Below are positions 37,447 through 47,535 of a stretch of DNA of 64,000 bases, piece after piece. How positions within the stretch are numbered: the first letter of the stretch is position 1; each line of letters starts with the position of its first letter. Under the pieces are notes generated by a model, which saw only the letters and a program-made list of their open reading frames with translations, ran no database searches and was not told the DNA's origin. The stretch lies in the NCBI GenBank assembly GCA_000165345.1, contig CM000429.1, positions 800,001 to 864,000 of the forward strand, in the 5' to 3' direction. The position numbers and the translations under genes were made by a program.

Positions 37447-40400
37447 ATGTCATTTTTCAAGCTGTGGGGAATATTGTTGCTGATTGCATCAGTGGAGGCA
37501 TTTCAAAATAGACTATTTAATGCATCAAGAATCGAGCTTCTTGAGGCAGAATATGCTCTAGACCGACTTGGGTTATGGAAGAAATTTGCAGATGGAAACC
37601 ATAGTGATTGTATGGAGTTTACTTTAAGAATTGACAGAATGTTGAATGCTGTTGCAAATGTTGATATTGGTGCAATGGAACAGTTTATTGAAATGGATGA
37701 ATATAGTTTAAAGTATCAGGATATTTGTGGTACAAAGGAAGAACATACAATATCAAGCTTATATGAAAATGCACCAGGCTGGGGAGGGGAAACCCCTCTA
37801 ACTATTTTGGCTAGAAGTTCACTGCCCAGAAGCAGCATAATGATGCAAGTTTTGTCATCTAAAGGTTTAGATTTTGTGAAATCTCAAATGAATGGTTTTA
37901 CCCCTCTCATTTTGGCAATAATTCATAGGAATTTTAGTGGAGTAAAGGTTCTTTTAAATTTAGCAGAAAGGCAGAAATATGCCTTAAATTTGAATAAAAC
38001 TGAAATTGTAAATAATTCACTAGATGATAAGAACACAAAAACTACTAATTCTGTATTTAGAAATGTTGAAATTATTAATGAAGTTGACTCTATGGGAAGA
38101 ACAGCTCTTTTTCATGCAGTACTGATGGAAGATGATGGAATGGTTGAATCTCTGTTAATGGCAGGTGCTGAACCAAATATTGCAGATTTCTCGGGAGTTA
38201 CTCCTCTTCTTCTTGCAACAAAGAAAAACCTTCTCGTCATTGTTAAGCTTTTACTTAGTAAAGGAGCTGATCAAATAATTCTCGATCCAAGAAACAGAGA
38301 CCCACTCTCTGTAGCAATCAAAAACAATCACCCAGACGTTATTTTAGCTTTGCTTGAGGACCAAACATTCCAAACAAAGTATTTGAATTTCTACCAGTCC
38401 TCAAGATATAAAGGTCAAATATTAAGACCTACATACCATATACGAAGACTTCTTGATATATTCACTGTACTTCAGTTAAAAGAGGAAGCTATTCAATCCT
38501 TATTCAAGATTGAGTTTCTTAGGAATGATACAAGTCTCTGTGATCTTAGAGATAACGAAGGAAGAACTATTGTTAACATTGCAACATTTAGAGAGATGTA
38601 TGATCTTCTTGAAGATGTCTTAGAATTCTACAAGAATGCATCTATTTATAGATACGAAGGCTATACAAGCTGTAATCCTCATATTATCGACAAATCTGGT
38701 AGAGGACCGGTTGACTATCTTTTAACAGGGACAGCTTCCATTCATAATTCATTTTATTCACTTGATAATACAATCAAAAATGTCAGGAAAATCAATAAAT
38801 ACTCTAATACATATGAAAGCATTTACAAAAATAATATCGAAATACAAGATCAAAAAAGAGAAAATCCATCCATAGAATTTAGTAAAATGCCCACCTCCTC
38901 ATTGAATTTTCTTTCAGATAGAAGAAAATTTCTTCTTACAAAACTTTTAAAGTTGTCAAATCCGCTGGATCTATCTTCATATTTATTTGAGCTTCTTAGA
39001 AAAGGTGGGAATCCAACTGTTTACACAATTAAAGCAATGGTCAATTGGTTAGGTGGATCTAAGGATCTTTTACTCCATAGAACCTCCAGAGATGGTCATA
39101 ATGCTCTAACTTTTGCTTTATCCACTGGTCAATTGACTGTTGCTAGAGAAATCCTTGATATTCTTTTGGATTCTCCAATTTCCAACCAAAATAGTTATAA
39201 AAGTGCTGTCAAATTAGCTATTAGTTACTCTGCAAGTGTCCATTCATCTTCAATAATTGCTGAAGTAGCACTTAGGAAACCGGTTATCGTTCATGAGTGG
39301 ATATGTGAGAGAAAATTTAATAGTATTATTGAAATTGAAGAAGTTAAATTTGTGCTTCAAAACCTTCCTCGTGAATTTATTGGTTTCTCAAAACATCCAG
39401 ATCTCTGTAAACCACTATATACCATCACAAAACAAATTCTAGACCCTGAAAGCCAAATAGAATCTACTGAAATTGTTGCAATTATGCTCGATACTAATGG
39501 TGGTTTACCCTTTTTGGAACGTTCAGATGTGACTATGGCACTCAAAACTGTTGGGACAAGCTTAAGTATTTCAGCCTCTTTTGGACTTAATATTATTCCA
39601 TGCTTAGAATGGACATCAACTATGTCATATACATTTACTCCTTATTTCTTTGATGTAATTAATAAGTTAGACACTACTATGACCAAATCCCCCCAAACTA
39701 GCCAAACTAATAAGACTCAGACCACGCAGGATTCTCAAGATATTTTAAAATGTATGAGACAAAACTTATCTAGAACAGAAAACGTAGAAAAAGATTCTTC
39801 AAGCGATTGTTTGAGCTCTTACAATGAATCTCCTAGTATAAAAGGACAAAATTCCTCTAATTTTGAAGAAAACCAAACTTTCAGCACTAATGGTTTAATG
39901 AAAAACAGCAAATATTCAAGTAATGAAAGAATAATATCACCAAAAATAAATAATCTAAAAAACCCTGGGAAAATTGTTATTAAATATGGCCTTGGATCTA
40001 CAATTACCTCTATTTTAATTGGACACGGAATTATGGCAGCCAAAAGAAATCAGATTTTAGATCTTGTATTTTCTTGTCCTCTTAGAGAAATAGACCCAAT
40101 TTTGAAAAATTTTCAAAGAAATGTTCTAGGAATAACACTATTAATTCTAGTTATTTGGATTCTAATCACTTCATTTGTGATCATTTTCTCTTCCAGAAGT
40201 AGATTGGACATATTTGGTTTTATTCCTAAGTATTCAACCTCGGAACCTGACAGACAAGCTTTTACAATGGCAGAATGGAAATTTTACAAACTTGTAAGTG
40301 TCCTACGTTTCATATCTTTTCTATATTGTATCGTTATTTTCATTTCAATTGGAAGAGTTAGACACTTATTATTTACATTGTTTTTCCTTTTTCTAGGCTT

Positions 40401-41670
40401 ATTTTTAAAACTCAACCAATTCCTACTACTCAAAGAAAATGATATTGTAGATATCACAACAGCTTTCATCAGAGAGGAAATGAGTGATAATGATAATACA
40501 GCACTAAACAAAGATTTAGAGGATAATGATGATGTTAATGACCACTCTCTAGGAATGGGAAATCCAATGCCTGCAGGAGGAAACGAGGAAACTAGACAAG
40601 AGGGAATACATCTTGGAACTATTGGAGAAGAAATCTCAGCAAGTCATTCAAGTGCAACATTTACTGATTCAAGAAACACTTTTCAAAGTGATATTGTTAA
40701 AAGAGAACATATTACAGCTGAACAATATGCCTTAACTACTTTATTTATAGGAATTTGTTCCTTTGTCATTGCAATTTCCTCAAACTTACAACGATTTCTC
40801 TTTTGGAATTTCAGAGAGTTTTATCGCTTTCATGAATCCTATTACTTTACAGTTAATCATACTTATATTGCAATTTCAACAGAAATTATTCTAATCTTAA
40901 ATACTTGGTCACTGACATTCAATATTCTTAAAGCTCCGGGACTAATGATTTTCATCCTAACTCAACGAATACAAGTTCTTCGTTACTTTTTACTTGCATA
41001 TCCTGATATTAATCAGAATATATTCAACTCTTTAAAACGAAACAATATTGGATTCATAAATAAGGAGGGTTCCCCTAATTCTTCTCCAGCTATGAATATG
41101 CACTTACCAGTTTCAAAAGGAGCAGTTTTTGTCCCTCCAGGAAGGTTTGATGTTGTACTTTGTCAATGGGTACGTGTTAGGTATGCAATCATGAAGAGAA
41201 TGCACAGAAGATTTACTGTTGCATCCAAGCCCTATAATGCACTTTATTTTGGTATTGGATTCATTGTATTTGTTTTTCTTTTTAACAAAAATAATATTGG
41301 ACATAATTTTCATCTTGGAATATTGAATTACCTCTTATTCGATGAGTTTGGCTTCACTCTTCTAACCGTATTTGCTTCCTACTCTATTACACTTATTGTA
41401 ATTGTCTGGCTTGCATGCACATCTAATCAGATTTCCGAGTTTCAGCATTGGAGGCTTTTTTGGGATGCATTTTCATTTATGCCTCCTTGCTCTGCTCAGC
41501 AGGTCGTTTTACAACATATAAAGCTTACACAAGATCTTGATGATGAGGATAAAAGAGTTGATCTTTGGAGTATTCCTATCACAAATTTTGTTAGAAATGT
41601 ACTACTTTTATGTATAGTAGTAGTTTGGGTACATATATCAATCATTGGGATCTTTCATATTTTAATATGA
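37447..41670 (+). CDS. Ankyrin-repeat polytopic membrane protein (TRP-channel-like architecture)
   Basis: Signal-peptide-like N-terminus (MSFFKLWGILLLIASVEA). Multiple ankyrin repeats (GFTPLILAIIHRNFSGVKVLL; GRTALFHAVLMEDDGMVESLLMAGAEPNIADFSGVTPLLLATKKNLLVIVKLLLSKGAD; GHNALTFALSTGQLTVAREIL). The C-terminal third has at least 6-8 predicted TM helices (ITLLILVIWILITSFVIIF; FISFLYCIVIFISIG; LFTLFFLFLGLFLKL; LFIGICSFVIAISS; YIAISTEIILILNTW; LYFGIGFIVFVFLF; LLTVFASYSITLIVIVWLA; LLLCIVVVWVHISIIGIF). Confidence 0.6.
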   Translation: MSFFKLWGILLLIASVEAFQNRLFNASRIELLEAEYALDRLGLWKKFADGNHSDCMEFTLRIDRMLNAVANVDIGAMEQFIEMDEYSLKYQDICGTKEEHTISSLYENAPGWGGETPLTILARSSLPRSSIMMQVLSSKGLDFVKSQMNGFTPLILAIIHRNFSGVKVLLNLAERQKYALNLNKTEIVNNSLDDKNTKTTNSVFRNVEIINEVDSMGRTALFHAVLMEDDGMVESLLMAGAEPNIADFSGVTPLLLATKKNLLVIVKLLLSKGADQIILDPRNRDPLSVAIKNNHPDVILALLEDQTFQTKYLNFYQSSRYKGQILRPTYHIRRLLDIFTVLQLKEEAIQSLFKIEFLRNDTSLCDLRDNEGRTIVNIATFREMYDLLEDVLEFYKNASIYRYEGYTSCNPHIIDKSGRGPVDYLLTGTASIHNSFYSLDNTIKNVRKINKYSNTYESIYKNNIEIQDQKRENPSIEFSKMPTSSLNFLSDRRKFLLTKLLKLSNPLDLSSYLFELLRKGGNPTVYTIKAMVNWLGGSKDLLLHRTSRDGHNALTFALSTGQLTVAREILDILLDSPISNQNSYKSAVKLAISYSASVHSSSIIAEVALRKPVIVHEWICERKFNSIIEIEEVKFVLQNLPREFIGFSKHPDLCKPLYTITKQILDPESQIESTEIVAIMLDTNGGLPFLERSDVTMALKTVGTSLSISASFGLNIIPCLEWTSTMSYTFTPYFFDVINKLDTTMTKSPQTSQTNKTQTTQDSQDILKCMRQNLSRTENVEKDSSSDCLSSYNESPSIKGQNSSNFEENQTFSTNGLMKNSKYSSNERIISPKINNLKNPGKIVIKYGLGSTITSILIGHGIMAAKRNQILDLVFSCPLREIDPILKNFQRNVLGITLLILVIWILITSFVIIFSSRSRLDIFGFIPKYSTSEPDRQAFTMAEWKFYKLVSVLRFISFLYCIVIFISIGRVRHLLFTLFFLFLGLFLKLNQFLLLKENDIVDITTAFIREEMSDNDNTALNKDLEDNDDVNDHSLGMGNPMPAGGNEETRQEGIHLGTIGEEISASHSSATFTDSRNTFQSDIVKREHITAEQYALTTLFIGICSFVIAISSNLQRFLFWNFREFYRFHESYYFTVNHTYIAISTEIILILNTWSLTFNILKAPGLMIFILTQRIQVLRYFLLAYPDINQNIFNSLKRNNIGFINKEGSPNSSPAMNMHLPVSKGAVFVPPGRFDVVLCQWVRVRYAIMKRMHRRFTVASKPYNALYFGIGFIVFVFLFNKNNIGHNFHLGILNYLLFDEFGFTLLTVFASYSITLIVIVWLACTSNQISEFQHWRLFWDAFSFMPPCSAQQVVLQHIKLTQDLDDEDKRVDLWSIPITNFVRNVLLLCIVVVWVHISIIGIFHILI

Positions 41671-41916
41671 GCAATTTGAAGAGAAATATTTTAGTCATTC
41701 AAAGTTATTTGAGACAAAGGATTATCAAATACTAATACTTTTTTTTTATTTTTCTTTTTTTTAAAAAAAAAAGACTTTAATTTTTCTCAAGAAATTTCTA
41801 GTTTCACTAATTTATATGATTTAGTATAATAAAGCTGATTTTAGTTCAAATAAGCTAAATATAAATGAATTATTGTGACTATCTATTTCTATTATGATTT
41901 AGCTAAAAAATCTCAC

Positions 41917-42651
41917 TTAGTTTCTTTTAGACAAGAAATTAAAAATATCAACCATCATTTGACTAGTTATGGTATGAACAACTCCAGGATAAGATTTATA
42001 AATAAACTTTTTAGGTTTAATAAATTCAAGTACAAAGTCTTTATTCATCAAAGACCATTGATAAAGCACCACAGGATCAGCTTCTCCATGTAAAACAATA
42101 AAATCCACATGTTCTTTTACAGATTCTCTGACATCAAAAGTGAGCTCTTCAGTTGCTATTTTACTTTCTTTACCTTCTTTAAATCCTCTCTCAGTAAGTG
42201 GAAGCCAACCTCCTACGACTATACAGGAGCCTAATGTATACTTTCTAGATGCCATAGAAATTAGAAATACTATGGCTGATCCTTGTGAAAATCCTCCGAG
42301 TGAAATCTTTTTAGGATCAATCCCTTTTTCTATTTCAAGAGAAATTAACCGAGTTATTCTAGAAACACTATTATTTATATCGTCCAAATCTTCGAGTGCA
42401 TATGGTCTTAAATCTTCCATATCAAACCATGCATTGTCAGAAAAGCCGAATCGTTTAAAAGTAATAATATCAGCAGTTGGAAGAATAATTTTAGTTTTCT
42501 TCAGCTCAGGATAGTTTTGAGCAATGTGGATAAAATCCAAATAGCTATTTGCATTATCACCCTTTCCATGTAGCCAAATTAAGACAGAATCATAGTCTTT
42601 TGGCTCATAGTAAAACCCTTGTCCATTATTTCCATCTCCTTCCTGGATCAT
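41917..42651 (-). CDS. Phospholipase/carboxylesterase family alpha/beta hydrolase (acyl-protein thioesterase/lysophospholipase-like)
   Basis: LIWLHGKGDN near the N-terminus. Nucleophile elbow GFSQGSAIV (GxSxG). VLHGEADPVV near the C-terminus. This is the canonical APT1/LYPLA arrangement, about 240 aa. Confidence 0.75.
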   Translation of the reverse strand: MIQEGDGNNGQGFYYEPKDYDSVLIWLHGKGDNANSYLDFIHIAQNYPELKKTKIILPTADIITFKRFGFSDNAWFDMEDLRPYALEDLDDINNSVSRITRLISLEIEKGIDPKKISLGGFSQGSAIVFLISMASRKYTLGSCIVVGGWLPLTERGFKEGKESKIATEELTFDVRESVKEHVDFIVLHGEADPVVLYQWSLMNKDFVLEFIKPKKFIYKSYPGVVHTITSQMMVDIFNFLSKRN

Positions 42652-42797
42652 TTTCTAGAATTAATTAAATGTAAAATAGAGCTTTTTAATTACTTCTGAT
42701 GATAGAAATTCAGAAATTTAGATTTTGCCTAACTAAATTTTCTTTTTTTCAATTTTTGACTTTTTATTTCTTGCATTAAATAAAAAGGCTATTAAAG

Positions 42798-42823
42798 AAA
42801 AGGCGCCAATATTTCGGTGGGGT
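42798..42823. promoter_or_regulatory. E2F-like AAAGGCGCCAATATTTCGGTGGGG (with G-box) in the divergent esterase/acidic-protein promoter
   Basis: GGCGCCAA + GTGGGG. Confidence 0.45.
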
Positions 42824-42975
42824 TTAATTCTGCTTTATGTAAGCAGTAAGAAAGGGAAGAACTCACATATACTAAAGGTGTTTATACATATATTTATATA
42901 TGCATATTTGCTGAACCTACTTTCAATTAACTATTCAATACAGAGTCATAAGGGAATAGTTTTGAATTGAAGATA

Positions 42976-45900
42976 ATGAAAAAGAGGCTTTTAAAGCCGG
43001 TAGAATCAGAAGAAGAGTTGGATGAGGAACTACCTCACCCTGTTGGAGAAGAAAGTAGCGACGATTTTGGTACAAAAAAAAAGCTAATTAAAAATAAGTT
43101 TGGAGCATTTAGTGAAAATGTGGACCAGATTTCTCAGAAAAAGGAGAAAAGGAGAGGTGGAACAGGAGTTCTTGGTACTTTAATAGACTCAATTAGGGAA
43201 AAAGATACCCAAAAAATGGATGATTCAGAATTTGAGAGTGTTTCAGAAAAAGATGAACAGTTTAAAACTTCCAAAGTAAAGAGATTGTCTAAAAAAAGAA
43301 AGAAGAAGGGTGCAGATTCTATTGATGTTTCCAATTTACTATGTTCTTTGGACAATACTTCTAAACAGAAATCCAAGAGTAAATCTAATAGAGATTTAGA
43401 CACTATGTTTGAATCATTCAGTATGCCTAGCTCTGATTCCGAGAGCAATTTTGGTTCTAAGATGGATGACTTTGAAAATGATGTTATAGATAGAAAGGTT
43501 GATAAAGAAATTCATGATAACACAAGTGAAGAAGATGATGAGTTTTTAAATTTGACAGAAATAGAAATGGCACTGAGAAAATGTGTAAAGAATGATTATA
43601 ATCCATCTTTAGAACTTAATGAGTGGTTACCTACTCAATGCATTGATGTGAGGTCAGAAGTTGCACATCAAATGGATGATGATGTAATAATTAACGAGAT
43701 TACTGAAAAACATGAATTTTTCTATTCTCAATGGATAGAACAAATTGGTTATCTTTCTTCTCTAACAAAAGGATTTACAAGAAATATTCAGGAATGCTTT
43801 GTTAGAGAAGGACAAATTTCATCTATTTCCAATATTAAAGAAAGTAATCCTGAACTTTTATTAGACCCAGAAGATAAAATCTTGATAACAGTACAAAACT
43901 CGGATGCATGTGTCATTTTAAACAGATTAGTTAATATAGCAAATTCCCAAGAAAAGCTAATCATTGAAATGAGTAAAGAAACTGGAATATCTAATATTGA
44001 TGAAAAGGATTCCACCATTCGACTTAAGTATGGAATTATTTCTTTAAAAGCTAGGAGTAAGCTTTGGTGGTTTTGTAGAATGGCTGAGCATTGTGGATTA
44101 GTTGGAAGAGAAGGAAATAGTATGATTAAGTACTATGTTTTGGACAAATCTAGGAAGAAAACATCTAACTCAATATTTTCTACAAATGCTGATATAATTT
44201 CCTCGATTGATCCCAGTATGGAACTTTTTAATAAAAATAACTCAGAAAGCAATATGGATGATGATAATGATATGACTGGGGATGAATGTGGAGAAAATCA
44301 TGCTGAGACAGAACAAATTAGTGAAATGGATTCAAAATGGTTGGATATTTCATCTATTAAAGTTTCAAATAAGGTTAGACCTTGGGAAAGAAGAGCTAAG
44401 AAAGTTGAAACAAAGTCCCAAAATGTTGAAGAGAGTATTGCAAATTGTTCCAAAAAGGAATTGTTTAAGTTTATGCTAAAAAATATTGGACCTAGACCTA
44501 TTTGGACAAACTCTGGTGCCATTGGAGATGTGAACAACCATAATAAATTTAATATAGAAATAGAGCCACCTACTAATTTATCACTTCGGGAGCAGGGACA
44601 AATGAAAATTAAATGGTTACAAATGAAGAATCAAGCTGAGAAACTGGCAACACATCACTTTAAGATAATGGACCCAGAAACTAAAGATCTGGATCATGAT
44701 AATCTAAAATACTGGTGTAAACTCTTTAAAGTCAATTTACTTTTCCCTCCTTGCAAATCTGATAATATAAGAAGAGTGGGTAATAATGACACCATTAATT
44801 CAAACATTCTTTTGGAAAAGAATCCAGAAATAGTAGAAGTAATGAAAGATGTGAAAAACAATCAATACGTGAATAATCAGAAAATAAGTCCCTTAAGTTA
44901 TTTTGAAAACATTACTGAAAATAAAAGAAACTCTCTACCTTTGGACGTGGAATTTATAAGTGAGTCAGATGGGGAGGCTATAGAGGAAATTGACCAAGGA
45001 TATGACCATGCCCCAGAAGTAGAAGAAAAAAAAGGGGAAGAAAAGGAGGAAGAGGGAGAAGAGGAAGTGGAAGAAGAAGAAGAACAAGAAGAAGAAGAGG
45101 AAAAGGATGAAAAAGATGTTAGAGGAGCCGATGATATGGATCAAGTTAATGCAAACCATTACAATGAGGGAGAGAACAAACTGGCCGATGTTAATGAATA
45201 TCATTCAGCTGAAGAAATTTTCGATCAAGAAATAGATGAGAAGACAGAATCTGATAAAGAGGGAAATATAAAGGAAAGGGAAGCCAATGAAAACTCAGAG
45301 GAAGAAACCAACTTGAAAATGAGAATAGAGGCACACAAAAGGCTTAAAGCAATAAGAAAGAAAAGAATGAAGCTCAAGAGAAAAATGATGGAGAGATACG
45401 GACACTTATTTGAAAATGAAGCAGAGGAAAGTGATGACGATGGGATCAAAATATTAAGGAGAGGGATTGGCGGAGATTATAGTGATGATGATGATGATGA
45501 TGATGACATAGACTGGGATGAGCTGAGCGGTTTTTCTGATTTTATTGATGATAACAATTACGAAAATGGGGAGCTTGATGGAGATGCAATTCAAGCTCAC
45601 TTGAAACATATGAAGGAAATAGAAGAAAAACAATACAGACAATTGTTCACCTTGGAGGGTATTAAGGAAAGAAAAAATAAAGTATATGGGTTTGCTGCCG
45701 GTCAGGATGATGGGATTGAAGGTGAAACTAGATTGGAGAAGAAGAAGAACGAATTACTCTTTAACTCTGCCTTTTTTGATGATGATGTTATTAGTGAGTT
45801 TTGGACAGATGAAGAGGAGTTGGACGATTATGAGGAAGAAATTGATGAGAGAAATTTGACGGAAATGCTTGGATTGAACTATGAAGAATGGCAAAATAGC

Positions 45901-46455
45901 TTACCAAAAAAAACGAATTCTTCTGATGAATCGTTGAATGAACAAAGAAAACTCAAATATAACATTTTAAAAGAATCTCTGATTAAAGAAGCTTCTGGAA
46001 GTATCAATATTCTCAAACAAAGACTCAAATCCATTCAAACTAAGCTTAGTATAGAAGAAAACATTAGTCCAAATGAAAAGAATCAATTACAAACAAAATA
46101 TATTGAATGTATGGAAAAACTAAAAAAGCTTTTACATTCAATTCATTCTGCCTGCAACAAGTGTATCTACGAAAATCCACAATTCTTTGACCATATTGAT
46201 ATATATGAGTACATTCAGAGACGTGAAGAATCCAGAAGTAAAAAAAAATTCAAGGCTAAAAACACTGAAGACAAAATCAAACAAAAATGCAAATATCAAA
46301 ACAAGTATCTCAGAGAAAATGTAAATCCGTTAAATAAGATCGGAAAGACAGGATCTGACTCAGAAGATGATATAATTAATCGAAAAAGGGTGCAAAAGAA
46401 CGGAAAGAATATAGTAAATGTTAAAGGAGGGAGGTTTAAAATCTCAAAGAAGTAA
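42976..46455 (+). CDS. Large acidic (Glu/Asp-rich) hypothetical protein, probably nuclear
   Basis: Long ORF with poly-E (EEEVEEEEEQEEEEEKDEKD), poly-D (DDDDDDDD) and Lys-rich stretches. No family recognised. The ORF-track start at 42967 is a TTG; the first ATG is at 42976. Confidence 0.55.
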   Translation: MKKRLLKPVESEEELDEELPHPVGEESSDDFGTKKKLIKNKFGAFSENVDQISQKKEKRRGGTGVLGTLIDSIREKDTQKMDDSEFESVSEKDEQFKTSKVKRLSKKRKKKGADSIDVSNLLCSLDNTSKQKSKSKSNRDLDTMFESFSMPSSDSESNFGSKMDDFENDVIDRKVDKEIHDNTSEEDDEFLNLTEIEMALRKCVKNDYNPSLELNEWLPTQCIDVRSEVAHQMDDDVIINEITEKHEFFYSQWIEQIGYLSSLTKGFTRNIQECFVREGQISSISNIKESNPELLLDPEDKILITVQNSDACVILNRLVNIANSQEKLIIEMSKETGISNIDEKDSTIRLKYGIISLKARSKLWWFCRMAEHCGLVGREGNSMIKYYVLDKSRKKTSNSIFSTNADIISSIDPSMELFNKNNSESNMDDDNDMTGDECGENHAETEQISEMDSKWLDISSIKVSNKVRPWERRAKKVETKSQNVEESIANCSKKELFKFMLKNIGPRPIWTNSGAIGDVNNHNKFNIEIEPPTNLSLREQGQMKIKWLQMKNQAEKLATHHFKIMDPETKDLDHDNLKYWCKLFKVNLLFPPCKSDNIRRVGNNDTINSNILLEKNPEIVEVMKDVKNNQYVNNQKISPLSYFENITENKRNSLPLDVEFISESDGEAIEEIDQGYDHAPEVEEKKGEEKEEEGEEEVEEEEEQEEEEEKDEKDVRGADDMDQVNANHYNEGENKLADVNEYHSAEEIFDQEIDEKTESDKEGNIKEREANENSEEETNLKMRIEAHKRLKAIRKKRMKLKRKMMERYGHLFENEAEESDDDGIKILRRGIGGDYSDDDDDDDDIDWDELSGFSDFIDDNNYENGELDGDAIQAHLKHMKEIEEKQYRQLFTLEGIKERKNKVYGFAAGQDDGIEGETRLEKKKNELLFNSAFFDDDVISEFWTDEEELDDYEEEIDERNLTEMLGLNYEEWQNSLPKKTNSSDESLNEQRKLKYNILKESLIKEASGSINILKQRLKSIQTKLSIEENISPNEKNQLQTKYIECMEKLKKLLHSIHSACNKCIYENPQFFDHIDIYEYIQRREESRSKKKFKAKNTEDKIKQKCKYQNKYLRENVNPLNKIGKTGSDSEDDIINRKRVQKNGKNIVNVKGGRFKISKK

Positions 46456-46614
46456 AACCTTCTAGGGAAACCCACTCTAATGTCTTATAAATATTAAATA
46501 GTGCTTAATGTTACTTAATTTTAAAAATCTTACTAAATCTAACATTTATTTTCTTCAATCTCTGTATTTAAACCTACCTTTTATTCCCCCGTTATTTTAA
46601 GATATTTCTAAATA

Positions 46615-46648
46615 TTTTTGGCGGTAACCCCTGTCCACATGCATGCAT
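46615..46648 (+). promoter_or_regulatory. TTTTTGGCGGTAACC + CATGCATGCA cluster in a region lacking an annotated downstream start
   Basis: E2F-like plus AP2-like motifs 75 bp upstream of the ATG at 46723. Confidence 0.4.
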
Positions 46649-47065
46649 TAATAATTATTAAAAATGAATCAAAAATGTAGAAATTAAGAGAATTTGTATG
46701 GTTGTTGGTAATATGCGGATAGATGTTTGGTGGAAGAAGAAGAGTTAATGGAGGAGCTCCAGCTCCATTATTATCAAATACAGAACAATCTACATGCCAA
46801 ATAACTAGTAAGTTAATGATAAATGTAGTCAATAAAATAATTAATAATAAATAGGTTTGGTTTACGTAGTTACATCAATTATATCATTGGTTTGTTTAAT
46901 AGTTCCAGTTTTTTTAGTAAGTAAATATACTGCTTGTTGGATATTTGAACTTTAATAATTTAGGCAACTACATGCAGTGACCATAATACATTATGGTTTG
47001 TACAGGTAAGCATAAAGAACATTTTTAAAAGTAACAAAACATTCTGATATTTATTTACTTGTATT

Positions 47066-47413
47066 TTGAAGGTTGTTTTGGGATTAGATTTTGTTTTTAT
47101 TTTTGTATTTATGTATTTGGGTTTATTACCAAATGGGACTGAAAGTGAGTTCAGCAGGTACATTGGGACAGGGGTTGTTATATTGGCGATTCAGTGTATA
47201 ATATTGGCATTTGGTATTTTTGTTTTTATCTCACTACTTTACTATTTACTTAGTAATGGAGACGAGTGTAGAAGTGAATCCATTCTTAATATCACTTTAA
47301 CTTCTATCAATTTATTACACTCAACAATAACAACTTTCACTTCAGTAAAGCTATTATTGAAACTGTTCACATCAATAGCAACCCAGTATAAGACATATGA
47401 TAAGATAGCTTAG
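47066..47413 (+). CDS. Small two-TM membrane protein ORF; probably the 3' exon of a multi-exon gene whose 5' exons lie in 46.7-47.0 kb
   Basis: The hydrophobic ORF (…LGLLPNGTESEFSRYIGTGVVILAIQCIILAFGIFVFISLLYYLL…) starts at a TTG in the track; the first internal ATG is at MYLGLL. Three GTAAG[TC] donors (46808, 46912, 47006) and several poly-T/AG acceptors lie just upstream. An E2F-like plus TGCATGCA promoter cluster sits at 46615-46648. Confidence 0.3.
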   Translation: MKVVLGLDFVFIFVFMYLGLLPNGTESEFSRYIGTGVVILAIQCIILAFGIFVFISLLYYLLSNGDECRSESILNITLTSINLLHSTITTFTSVKLLLKLFTSIATQYKTYDKIA

Positions 47414-47535
47414 TGTAGGATGTTAGAGGATAAATTAGGAATAACTAATATTTTCTAGTAAAGAATTTTCTAGTAAAGAAAAAAATAACTAAAGAGTAAA
47501 CCCCCTAATAAAAATCAGAAAAGTATGGCAGAAAC

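Noticed and set aside
41875-42514. Plus-strand ORFs of 72 and 124 aa
   Set aside because: They lie antisense within the well-supported esterase gene on the minus strand.
45010-45520. GAA/GAG and GAT trinucleotide runs (possible microsatellite or CRISPR-like periodicity)
   Set aside because: They are in frame within a long ORF and encode poly-Glu/poly-Asp. They are not spacer-repeat arrays, and there are no cas genes. The genome is eukaryotic.
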